Assembly: GCF_011745625.1 (NCBI RefSeq) | Contig: NW_027191463.1 | Location: 248,001 to 312,000 of the forward strand | DNA from: Cladosporium halotolerans | Taxonomy: Eukaryota | Direction of reading: 5' to 3' | DNA: 64,000 nucleotides | Shown: in pieces, positions 34,271 through 46,071 of the stretch | Numbering within the stretch: position 1 is the stretch's first letter | Layout: the number at the start of each line of letters is the position of its first letter | Program-made: the position numbers and the translations under genes | The notes under the pieces: model-generated | What the model was told of the DNA's origin: nothing | The model's input: the letters and a program-made list of their open reading frames with translations, nothing else | Database searches by the model: none

Positions 34271-35102
34271 GTCAGGCGCTGGGCTGGGGGTGCCAAGCGT
34301 GGTGCGAGGGCTGGCGGGCGGCGGTGGTGCGGGCGTGCTGGTGGCTGAGCGCGTGAGGCGAGGGAAGAGCTACAGGCACGGCGGGCAGGGCGGTATAAGA
34401 GAAGGATGGAGCGCGCGCAGGGCGAGGCTGCTGGGCGGGTGCGAGGACGAGGGCGGGATGGTATTTGCTGCTCCCAGCGCTACCCGACACGCAGAGCGTC
34501 CAGCAGACCCTGTTTCGCGCGGGACAGGGCACGGCGCCAGCCCCGACCACCAGGAGTTGCAAGCGCGCCCGTTTCTTCCATGGGAGCACTGCGGCACGGG
34601 TGGGCAGATGGGAAAGTGGGTGCGTTAGAGTTGGAATTGGCATGCGCTGCATCCCTGCGTGCGCCACCAGCGCTGCTAGCCAGGGCCTCACCTGGCGGCC
34701 GCGCTACGGGCCTGGCGGAGGATCCTGGATCAACGACATCCTGGTGCCGCTCGCACGCGCGTTGTGGCGACGCTAGGCCGCTCGGCCTGGAGCAGCAAAC
34801 GTCCATCGCCGATCTGCTGCTGCTGCTGCCGGTGGGTCTGCACGGCGTCATCGCGAGAGGCAGCGCGTGGGAGGCGACCGGGCCTGCACCCTCGCCGCCG
34901 TCTGCACGTCTCGTCTCTGCGCGCAGCACGCCGTGCACGCTGTCAGCAACACTGCGAGGGGCGCCGTCCGGGGCGCAGAGGCACGACGTGGCGCGCAGCC
35001 ACGGCCGGCGGGGCTGCGAGCCTGCGACACAGTAATCATGAATGTTATTGCGCGCTGCCGCCGTGCAACCGACAGTGCGGCAGGGGCCATGCGAGTTGCG
35101 GC

Positions 35103-35120
35103 GCATCGATCGATCGATGC
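35103..35120. promoter_or_regulatory. Perfect 18-bp palindrome GCATCGATCGATCGATGC, candidate GATA / White Collar-type element
   Basis: Self-complementary, contains tandem GATCGA, lies about 1 kb upstream of the CSP-1-like ATG. Function is inferred. Confidence 0.4.
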
Positions 35121-38100
35121 AGTGCATTGGAGGGCGGGCAGCGCTGGAGCGACAGGCGGGCGGTGTCGCTGTGGCGCCGCCCATCGCGGAATCGCACATC
35201 TGGCAGTCGACATCTCACATCGGCACGCGGGCTGCCCTCCGTCCCTGGTTCGGGGCAGATCTTAACATCCGCGACTCTGTATACATATATCCTCCATGTA
35301 TCAGGCGTGTTCGTCGGTACAGCGCCAGACGGACACAGCTGGACGTTGCACGCCGACCACGGCTGGCCGACCAGCACTCCGCGCGCTCTCCAGAAACCTT
35401 CGCGGCGCTCGCCCGCGCGACGTCACGAAGACATCACGCCCGGTCGCAGATTAGTGCGGCGGTGGTGAGAGTTTCCCGTTGCGAAGCATGGCAAATCGAG
35501 CGCTCGAGGCCCGGACGCATTGACGCGGGGCAGAAGTCCGGCGATGCCGCCCTCCCAAGACCGGCTTATCCGGATCACGCTGGTGTGGCTAGCAGCGAGC
35601 GAGGCAGCCCAGCTGCCCAGCAGCGCCGCCATCTGCGACACGCCGACAGCTGGCCGACTGCACAGTAGGCACATACGCCGACACGCTGCAGCAGGCCGTG
35701 GCCGAGGTGCAGGCTGCGGTGCCCCTCGCGATAGTGGCTTGACGCAGGCTCCAAGGCCAGCGGGAGCCCGGAAGGTGCCTTAGCGAGGCGGGGCCTGTGG
35801 CTGTCCCTCGTCTAACAACCTACCTACTGTATGTACCCACGAGTCGCCGTGCAGCAATCACGCTGGTCCCACGCGCCTCGTCTGCGTATCGGTCGTTTAT
35901 CTCGCTGGGAGCCTGGCGCGCCTGGCAATGCTACGGCCACCCGCGGGAGGGCGCTGTTTGCCGACGATCTCGAGGCTCTGTCCGGTCGCGCTCGCGACGC
36001 TCCCTCCAAGCCTCCTCGACCTCACGCGTAGCCGCGCTGCCACAGCCCTGTGCCGCGGCCGTTTGCGCCGCCACGCTCCTGTACCGAACTTCTTGCAGCA
36101 GGAGGCCCGGTGCGCGCGGATCTGTGTACGGGCCGGCGCAGGCAGCGTGTGCGTGCTGTCTTCGATCTGTCGCCCTTCTCACGATGAGACCGGCAGATGA
36201 AGGGCGCACCGCAGCGCGCCGGCAGCCTCAGCAGCCAAACGTGCGCCAGGGCTCAGCAGCTGAATCGAGGATCTGGAACTCCCCGCGGGCACGCGCCGCT
36301 CAGGGCCTGCCAGGCCAAGTCCCTGCAGCAGGGTCACGACAACCGTTTGCCGGTGTCTGCCTCGCGACCCCCGGCATCCCTGCCAGCCTCGTGGGGGCGC
36401 GCGCCGGCGCAGGCTAGCGCGGCACGCCCAAGGTGGCCGCCCCGGCGCCGTTGTTCCAGTCCGTCGGTCAAGGTCGTTTCGAGACACATGTGCTGGCCGC
36501 GATGACGTCCAGCATCGAGAAATGCATCGCGATCGAAGAATCCGCGGACGGCAGAGCTGGCGGCAGCAGGGCGTGACGCGGCCGACATGGCCTGTTCCTC
36601 TGCCCGTCGTCGATGGCATCGCAGCACCCTCCGCCTGAAGCTAAGTGATCTGGGTTTTCAGTAGGCTTTTCGTGCCCGCAGTGTCAGCCAGCCCGTGTGC
36701 ACCTGCCGTGCTGCTGTCGGCGTGTGGCTGACTCTGGCTGCCATCACACTCGCCGCACGCGGGACCCTCGCCATCCCTTTCCCCGCAGCACGCAGGGACA
36801 GCAGCGCCCGACTCGCAGGGCCCAGGGGTCCATGCCGGCCCTGCTGGGCGAGCCCTCTGCGCGCCCGGAAGCACTTCCGGCTGCCTCTGCCCCCTGCCCG
36901 GCGTCGTCAGTGGCTGCGAGCTTTCTATCTTCAGTTGCACGTTGCTGCCACCGACCCGCCCGCCTCAGCACGGGCCGGAGGCCATACAGTACGGAGGTGT
37001 ACGTCAAACCTGCGTCAGGGTTTCAATACTCGCCAGGCCTAAGGTCCGGCGCGGCTCTCAGACACACACGGCAGGGCTCGGATATAATACCCTCGCCTTC
37101 TCCCGCAGAGCCGCGATCGGTCGATCTGTGTCCATCACACCTCCACCACCTACCGCTTCTGCAAAGCCTTTTGCGCACCCACCAGCCTCTCAGCCCAATT
37201 GTGCGTCCGCCCCCGCCAAGCCGCGCCCAATTTGCCCCTTCTGTGCCGCGGACTCTCGCGGATACCCAGCGTGAGCAGGGAACCGAAGCAGGGCGATGTT
37301 CGGCTGCCACTCTCTCACACATCCAGAACAACTGATCGGCGCTCTCCTAACAAACACCACGACTTGCCAATCTCACCGCACATTCGCACCCCCGGTCGCA
37401 TTCTAGACTCTTTCGACGTGCTCCGAAGGCGCGTCGTCGCAACCAGTCCACAATTCCACCCTACGTCACGCGCACTGTTGCGCGCAAACTCGGGATTGCC
37501 GCATCGAGCAGTTGCCCTGCGTCAAACTGGCCATCGCCGATGACAGCAGATCTGCACGCGTGGGCAGCAAAGCAGGCACGCTGAACGTCCCCGGTCCATG
37601 GGCCATGTGGTCTTAGAAGCGCGATCGAAGTCAATCCCTTCCGTGCCGGCAAATGGGAAGATTGCATCGAGGGTCTCGCGTAATGCAGTCGCCCACCATC
37701 GCGATCGCATCTCGGCCGCCGCTCGCTTTCCCATGCTGTGGTCGGCCGACTGCTGGGCAACTTCCCCGTCAGATCATGGAAATCCTGTCGCCATCTCCAA
37801 ATTTCCCTGCCGCTGTCGATCAGGCGTACACGGCTCTTGCCTTGACCCGGGTGGTTGAACGTGTTAGGCGTCTTGTCATTGTCGCGGGAAATGAATTGCC
37901 CAAAGACGGCTTGTGTTTGAGCGGAGCCACGTGTGAGAAATGCCTCAACACCTGCGCCCGTCATCGTACAATCATGACATGATACCGTCAGCCACCGGAG
38001 TAGATAGCCTTCCTCCACCAGCTGAGCCTACCGCACTAAACGGATGGCTGACGGCTGTGGTGTGTAAGAGGGGTCACGGAGACAGCACCGGGGACCACAA

Positions 38101-40864
38101 CAATGGTGTCAGGGACGGGAGCTGCTGCAGGGCCTGCGTCCCTTGTCCTGCGGCAACGCGTTTGTATTGTAGAGCGTGCCGCTTTTGATGCCGCTTCCGT
38201 CAGTACCCTTGCGCTGCCCTCGTGCTGAAGTGTGGCTGGTGTCTGCTGCTAGCAAACTCGCACGCGACATTGCTATTATTACTATTGCTTTTCGCAGGCT
38301 GTTTGCGCTCGAATCAGAATCTCGACTACCTACGCGAGCAGCGCCGCCGTCTCTCGCATTCCCTGCGGTACACACCGAGCTCAGACTTTGTTCATCGGCG
38401 AAGACGCCGACCTCTCGTCAATCACGTCTTGTCAGACGCAACTTTACGCTCGATAGCATTTGGCGAACATCCACCCGCGCGCCGCTCAATAACAGTTACG
38501 CAGGGTATCCTTTGGTTCGCGATGTCACTCAAGGTATGGAGGGTTCTCTAGCGCAAAGTCATTTGATCACGGGGTCTCCAAGGTTCCCGGTTCGTCTTCA
38601 CCCTGCTCGAACTCAGCTGATCGAGTGAATTTGCAAAGACTTCCCGAGTCGTGAAAGTTGGAAATCAGATTCTTACGACTCCGCAATCAATGGTCATGAC
38701 GACGCCGTGCGAACTGGCGTCCGGTTGTCTTCGCGAAAACGGGTCTGTGGTTCTCCTGCCACGGCGCCGTCGAGCCGCAGGCTCCGCACGTCAGCAGGCA
38801 TCGGATTTGGCTCCTGCTGCTGTGAAGCTTCGGCTGCGCCGTCACGGCCCTCAAAATGCGCACCCTCTGCCGCACCTGCATACCCGTGTAGGAGGATGGA
38901 TATTGCGTTTCACCACCTTCCTGCCGTCCAGACCAAAGAGGAATCTTCGGGGTCTGCCCCGTCGTGTGCCGCATCTTCCGCCCAATGAATGCCACGGCAT
39001 GACCTATAGTCGAACCTCACCCAAAGTCCGCAGCCCGCGGCGCGTCCTTCTCCCCTGCGCCCTTGACGACCAGACTTCGCTTTGGCTTCACTTCCCCACC
39101 TCGCCAGCCCCTCCGCAACACCACCTGTAGCTACCCAATGGCTCGCCACCCCGCGCGCTATTAGCTGCCGTACCGTCACAATCACGCTTGCATCCGCCCT
39201 CGACCCCGTCAGTAATACACACTACTTACATACAAAACCCCCTCTCTCCGAACGACAGGCATCCAGCTCCCGGATCCGGCAGCGACGAACCTTGAAACCC
39301 GCAATCCCAAACCCCGTCAGCGCCTCGACCACGACCGGCCTCAAGCTCCGCGCCGCCCCCATCGCTCCGCCCGCCCAATCACCCACCGTCTTTTCCGCGA
39401 CCGCCCAGCCCATCGTCCAGCAAGCACAAAGTCCTGTCGTCACGCCCGCCGCCGCCGCGCCCGAGCCCACAACGCCCACACGTAACCTTCACGCGACGCT
39501 TACACACATCACCGCAAACCCCAGTAAGTTCACCACATCCCAGTCCCAGGGCCCCCGGACCTGGATCCGACAACCATCATACCACACGCACACGGCCAGG
39601 GCAAGCGAGTCCCTCCCAAAACAGCAAGTACCCAGTCCCTTTGCCCGAAGACAGACTTCAGGCCAGGGCTCGCGACCCTCGCGCTTTCCCACCAGCGGCC
39701 GGACTCGAACACCGCGCGCGGCCGTTTGTGACACTCAGCCGCACACCGGTCGCGTCCACTTGCACCACCGCGCGCCCCAAAAGTACCTCTGTACCTTTCA
39801 GTCGTTCGCTCTCAGGGCCGCGGCGGCGCGGGGACCGTTATTGCGCTGCAGGGCGCTGACTCGTCGAACGCTTTCCGCGCTGGCTTTGAGTGTTTAGTCA
39901 GTTAGCAAGCAGGCGAGGATCGCGGCGTTAGCTCAGCCGCAGGCGTTGATGGGGTGGCGGGTGGGTGGGTGGAGCTGCTGCGAGCGTGAGGACGGTACAA
40001 ACGTCAGGATGCGCGCGCGGGATTGGGTAATGGTGATTATTGCGATTTTCCGAACGTGCGTGGAAGTCGAGTGCTGGTGTTGGGGGTGTTGATCCGGATG
40101 CGGACGCTCGTTTTCTCGTATTTCCGTGCGAGATGGCGGCTTCGGCGCTGCGACGTGGACGTACGCGTCGTGGTCGGTTGGTCGTTGTTGGGTAGCTTCT
40201 CATCGGCGCGTGGGCCGTTGGGTGGCGGCGATGTGATGCTTTGCTTGGGCGTGCGGTAGGTTGCAGGAAGTTGGTTAGCATTCCTGGCCCTCGGCGGCGT
40301 CTGATGCCCGAGAGGTCAGAGCGGGACTCTCTGGTTTTGGCTGAGGGATCGTTCATTGTTGTGTTTTTTGATCGAGACGAGGCGATGTGATGTGATACCC
40401 CATCGGGCTCCCGTGAGGAGACGAGTTGGCGGGATTGACACAATGTCTGATCGAGTGTGACGAATGGGTTAGGCTTTGTGATTGACTGTGATCGAATACC
40501 GTCTCTGCAGCCGTTGGCAGCGTGAAGAGGGCAGGGGTTCGGCAGCTGGTGTTTGTCTTCAGGTTGGAATCTGCGAGACAAAACTGCCATGTTCCAGAGT
40601 TGTGAGGGAGGCTTGTTGAAGAGGTGGGAGGTGGTGTTGTCGGTGTATGCTGCGGTGCCAGTGTTCTGCAACGACGTTCCCGACGTTTGCAAGACTTGTT
40701 CAGCAGCACGACGCGTTCGATGAGGCGTGTTGGTTTGACCCAAGAGTATACTTGCAATCGGAATCTCTTCAGGATATTGTGAATTGATTTACGTTCTTCT
40801 GATCTTACAGTCTCGTTGGAAGTCGTTGGTGGAGCTGTCATGGTCGACGCGGTCATCTGCCTTT

Positions 40865-40882
40865 ACCCTAACCCTAACCCTA
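40865..40882 (+). repeat. Interstitial telomere-like repeat (ACCCTA)3
   Basis: Direct read accctaaccctaacccta in intergenic DNA; complement of TTAGGG-type repeats. Confidence 0.7.
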
Positions 40883-41310
40883 CCAACCCACGCTTGGTCT
40901 TGGGATGCATTTGCGACTTCTCCTGTGACTGAGTTCCCTCGTATGATCGATGTAGTATATCGCTTTATCGTTTCATTTGTGCTTTTTGGGCAATGCGCCA
41001 TTGTAGGCACAACCCTGCATTGTCTATCCGACTCCAATGTTAGAGTACTGCAAGCGCAGAATCTCGCGTATCAACCCTATCTTAAGTCCTCCTATTCCCA
41101 AGTCCACACCAATGCATGAATGAAAATGAAGTTTCAAACGGACATTAAAAACCTATCAAAGTCACCGCGTCAACCAAAACCTTAGAGCACTAGGCCAATG
41201 ACATCGAAGACAACATCACAGGGCACAAGATCGATTCTGTGGTCGTCTCTACCATCATAGACACGACCAAAAACACACACCATGTACACGCTCCAACCAT
41301 CGGTCATCAG

Positions 41311-43285
41311 TCACTGCACATCCCCCCTCAAGCTCAAAAACTCCCTGTACTTCGGCGCACACCTCTTGCGCCACTGCTTGCCCCAGATGCACATCGGCAC
41401 CGCGGCCGCCATACTCAGCAGCACCATGAGGCCGTAGAAAGTGAACACGGGCCCGAAGCTGGTTGCGTCAATGAAGTACTGCAGTGACTGGTTGATGGCG
41501 AAGTTGATGCAGGACGAGCAGATGGCGAGGATGACGACGATTTCGCCGGAGATCTGCGCACGCTGTCAGTTCTGAAGCGCCAAAGTAGAATTCGATGCGA
41601 TGGACTTACACCAGGAAACGAATCCATCGCATACGCCGTGGCAATACTGCACGCGCTGACCTGGTGGGCGATCATGCAGCCGAGGCCGAAGGCGACCGCG
41701 ACCCAGTGCAGGCCCTCCTCGGCGCCCCAGCCGTAGAGCAGGTAGCCGGCGCCGGCGTAGACGAAGCTGATGCAGAGCGTCCATAGGCGCATCTCGGGCT
41801 CTTTGACGCCGCCGTTGCGGCGCGCGAGGAAGACGACGACGGTGTCCGCAAAGACGCCCGTGAGGTAGCCGAAGACGCTGCCGATGAGGGCGGAGAGGAA
41901 CATGAGGCCTGTCGCAGTTGTGGAGAAGTTGTAGGGAGCGGCGGTCATGATTTCGGAGACTGGGGGGCGTTAGTGTGGGATCCGTGGTTGGGGACTGCGT
42001 GGGAGTACTTGTGTTGAAGGTGACAATGCCTGCCGTGCAGCCGAATGCGAAGATGATGCCGGCCTAAGATGACTATCAGCTTTTGCTGTCTCACAGAATG
42101 TCGCAAGGGAACTTACCAGCACCACGTTTGGAAACGCGAACAGGAAGGAAGGTCTTCTGAAGTACTCCCAGTAGGTCGTCTTATCCTCTGGCTGGTAGTT
42201 CCACAGCTTCAGTCTCTGCAGCATTGTCCGACGTTCATAGCCCGGAAGCACCTCTCCAGCTCGCTCAGAAACGGCACTGCTGCTCTGACTGGGCTCGAGA
42301 CCCTTCTTTCCGTCATCTTCAACGGTGTCCTGGCTGTGGTCATCCATCACTGCACCATGCTCGGTCCTTGGGAGCTCATCACGCTGGTCGAATAGGAAGC
42401 GTGGGAACATAGTCTCTTCGAACCCCGCGAGGATCAGAAGGAAGGTACCGGCCTCGATGATGGCTGCAATCCAGCCTGACCAACGCCAACCGCGAGTATC
42501 AGCGATAGCACCTCCAGTAATGAGGCCAAGACTACAAGACGATCAGCAAGAAGCCCCGTTCACCTTTCGAGCCGCAAGCATATCTTACATGGAACCGAGC
42601 TGTTGCCCAAAGAGATAGAAAGACAGACTGGTGCTGCGCTGATGGACGAAGAACATGTCGAAAATCGAAAGCTGGATGACCGCCTGGTACGCACTCGTTC
42701 CGACTCCGTTCAGAGCACACGAGAGATACCATTGCGCAGCGCCGTTGAACTCAGCCTGCCAAACCATCGATCCTAGGACGAACAGAGTCGTGATGAGGAG
42801 GACCGGTCGTCGACCACCCTTCATTGCAAGAGGGATCCAGAAGATGTTGGCAAAGCCCTATCGTTGAGTTAGGTGACATTGGTCGATGCTACGGACGTTG
42901 CGAAGTAGGAAGACTGACCAAAAGCAAGTAGTTCAGTGCACCACCTCCAGCCAACGCAGTCAGAGGGACATTTGCTTGTTCGCTGATTACAGTACGTGCA
43001 GCGCCGAGGTTGTTCTCTCCGTATGAGAACCCGCAGGCGTATAGAGCCAACAGAGTCAGTTGCCAATATTTCTTGGGCATTGACCAACGCTGTGTTCTCG
43101 TCAACACTCATTCTTCTAAAGCTTGATCTAAGACTGACCAAGGGATCCCGCCCACAAGCAGTTGGCTGTGGCAACAGCACGATATCCGAACTGCCAGACC
43201 CAGCATGTGAGACATCAAGGCTGCGATTGGTATCGACGAGGTATTCAGTGCCAGGGACGCTGTGGCGAATATTGGGATCCGTCAT
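41311..43285 (-). CDS. MFS transporter, HOL1-like (multi-intron)
   Basis: VPGTEYLVD..DIVLLPQP..DPL|RWS, GGGALNYLL, KGGRRPVLL, IFDMFFVHQR, FEETMFPR, MTAAPYNFS, ARRNGGVKEPEMRLW, TAYAMDSFPG, IWGKQWRKR. Stop at 41311. Exact exon borders approximate. Confidence 0.85.
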
Positions 43286-43843
43286 GATGGAACGCAAGCG
43301 AGAGCATAAAGATGATCACGACGGAAGTCAGGTTGCGGACCTGGCAGGGTCACGGACGGAGCCTTCGACCTTTGTATTCGACGCCCATCGTTGCTCTTCT
43401 ACTATCAGATCATATCACCAGATGTTACACTTCGTATCAGGATGGCTAATCGTCCGATATCAACAGCCTATAGGCGGGAGAACCATTTGGAGGAGAGGCG
43501 GACTGCTATCTAGACTGACTTGACGTCGCCCCGCGCGTGCGGGGGATGAAAGGTCCACGCGCACTTCGTGCGGAGAGGACCCATATCGTTTGCCAATCCC
43601 TAGAGAGGTGTACTGTGGACAGAGTGTGGTATCGATTGCGGTATGGCTGAGACTGTAGAACAACTAGAGATGCAGGTCCATGCGAAGGATTCAGCCAAGG
43701 GCCGTGTAGCCGCACTAATCCTGAGATACGTAAACCAGAACCCTGCCTTGCAGGCCTTCGGCTCGCAAAGAATTTCCGAAGATGGCCATAGCCTCGGAGA
43801 AGGCACTGTTGCCTTATCGTGTCATTCGTATAATCGTAAAGGC

Positions 43844-45600
43844 CTAAGCAAGGCTGATGTTGGTGCTCAGTGGAGCCACGAAGCGATCCCAGTCGTCTTC
43901 CAGCCTATGTCCCGGTGACCATTGCGCCTGCGGTGAGCTGTCACCGGTCATAGCCATATCTCGTGCGTCCCATATCTTACATATCACTTCCCTTGTTCGC
44001 GTTACATTTGCAATACTGGCTGTTCCCATGTGATCAAGCAGCCGCAAGACAAGCGCCCGGCCATACACTGGGATGGCACTGGCTTCATTGCTCCACAGCT
44101 CGTCATCCAGAGGATCAAGTTCGACAGCAGCTACGAAAAGTGGCCAGACCAAGCCTGCGGCGATCTCTTCGTCTAAAAATTGAGCGATCTGGTGTAATAG
44201 ATTCCTGACGCCCTCTTTGATGATTGGTGTGCTTGGACCTGCCCCGTAAAGTGCGCAATACAGGTATATGATTGAAGCCAATCGCTTGATCTCGGCCGAA
44301 CGAGTGAGTAGCTCATCGTCTGAGCCCACGGGCAGCCTTTGCTGTAGGCTCGACAAGTTAGACTCGAGCGCCGCAGCTTGCACCGCAAAGTCATTGGAAG
44401 CCGTCGAGTTGTAAGCCTTGTTTTTCGAGCGGCTTAGTTCGGTGACTGAACAAACCACCGACACCAATGACGGACTGCAACCCAGCCAGACATCGATCGT
44501 ATCGTCAGAGCTATTCCAGTAATCGCTGCCGAATATTGGTGTTACACCACAAGCGGTTCGACCAATGACGTCTTGGAATGCAAAGAACCTCTCCGCAAAC
44601 TGCGTCAATTCGTTCACGGAATCTGATTGGGAGGGCTTTCGACCGCTGATGGTACGTCGGGCGCGTATCAAGTCTCTCGCACCCTTGAGATGGACAACCC
44701 ATCGCACGTCGCAGCGGTTCAAAATCTCATAGAGACACATGAGCATCATGACTATTGGTAGTTCATGGTCATTCCAGATCTCCGATGGCTTTGACACAGC
44801 CAATCGTTGCCTTAGATCACGTAACACTGCATTCTCGAGCCGTACAGCAGTGGTCGCCCATGACTTGTCTGTCCTAGAAAGATGCCGGGCGGAGAGGGCA
44901 AGCAAGGCATCCGAGACGATGGTAGATGCCGAGGTACAGAATGGTAGGATTAGGGAATAGAAGGGCGAGGTGCGTTGCCGACTGGAAACCGTAAGCGGAC
45001 ATAGCCGTTCGCAGTAATACGAGACGAGCTGTCCGTGACGTGAATCTCTGTGGAAGGGCAGGCTGGATAGAGGATATCGAATCAGCAGGTCCGGCGAGCG
45101 TATCATATGTCTCGATGGAAGTGGAGATAATGCTTGTGCTGTAGTATCGCTAGCAGCTCGCAAGACGACCGCCGTCTCGTTCCTATCGAAGGGCTCCGAG
45201 CTTTCGTTTATGAAGTGACATGACTCGACCGCAGGCAGAGGAACCCACTCGGTGTCGACGTTCTCCAAGTGAGCCCTCTCCGACTTGGGCTTCTCATGCT
45301 TGCTCCATACCTGCAGTCATAGTAAGCATGGGGTCAAGCATATGACAAGATAGTCTCGGGCCGGGAACTGGCCCCCAAGAAACTTACGCCTTCCCTGCCA
45401 AAAGCTAATCCACTATCAGCATACTCGGACTCCCATTTCAGGATGAGCCCGCCGCGAGAACAGGCGAGGTTCCGTGCTCTACAGTAGCCGCAGGACGGCG
45501 TGCCCTCGTCGCACCTGATCTTCCGCTTTCTGCAGTTCACACAGCCGTTGCGCGAGCGACGATTGTGGGGCTTCGGGTCAGCGGCCTTGCGTCGCGGCAT
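43844..45600 (-). CDS. Zn(II)2Cys6 transcription factor with Fungal_trans_2-type domain; exons 45600-45388 and 45310-43844, 559 aa
   Basis: RSRNGCVNCRKRKIRCDEGTPSCGYCRARNLAC. LLALSARHL, CLYEI..W.VHLKGA, FAFQDVIGRTA, WLGCSP, LVWPLFVAA. Intron 45387-45311. Confidence 0.93.
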
Positions 45601-46071
45601 GCTGGATACGGCGCCAAAAATCCCATGTCTCCGCAGGTTATATGGGCGACGTAGCAGAAAAATGCGGTGTGGTGAGACGACGATAGAGAGGCGAGTCTGT
45701 TGGGCTGGGGAAAATGAAGTTGGAGAAGGTCCAGCCGCTCGCTTGAGGACCCACAGCTCGCCGTGTCTTTAGCCGCTTGCCAATGAGAGGACGCGTATGT
45801 ATGTGAAGCAATCATGGCGCAAGAGGAACTTCGGTATGTAAACTCTTGCCGTGGGCTTTGACACATACTCATGCTTGTTGCGTGGTATCACACGCACAAG
45901 GCGAGATCGGGTTGCTCCGAAGGAAAGTCCATCCTCTCATGTCCCGATCCTTACGACGCAACACACTCATTGAAACCGCATATATTGGGAGTTGCAATCA
46001 TCATTCGGGTGCTCCTAGATCGAAGAGCAGTGTCATATCAACACGCGACATAGTCTTTTAACAATTGCACA

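Noticed and set aside
34130..38650. Dozens of overlapping 60-240 aa Arg/Ala/Pro-rich ORFs
   Set aside because: Expected from stop-codon scarcity in very GC-rich DNA; present in all frames, no domains, many non-ATG starts.
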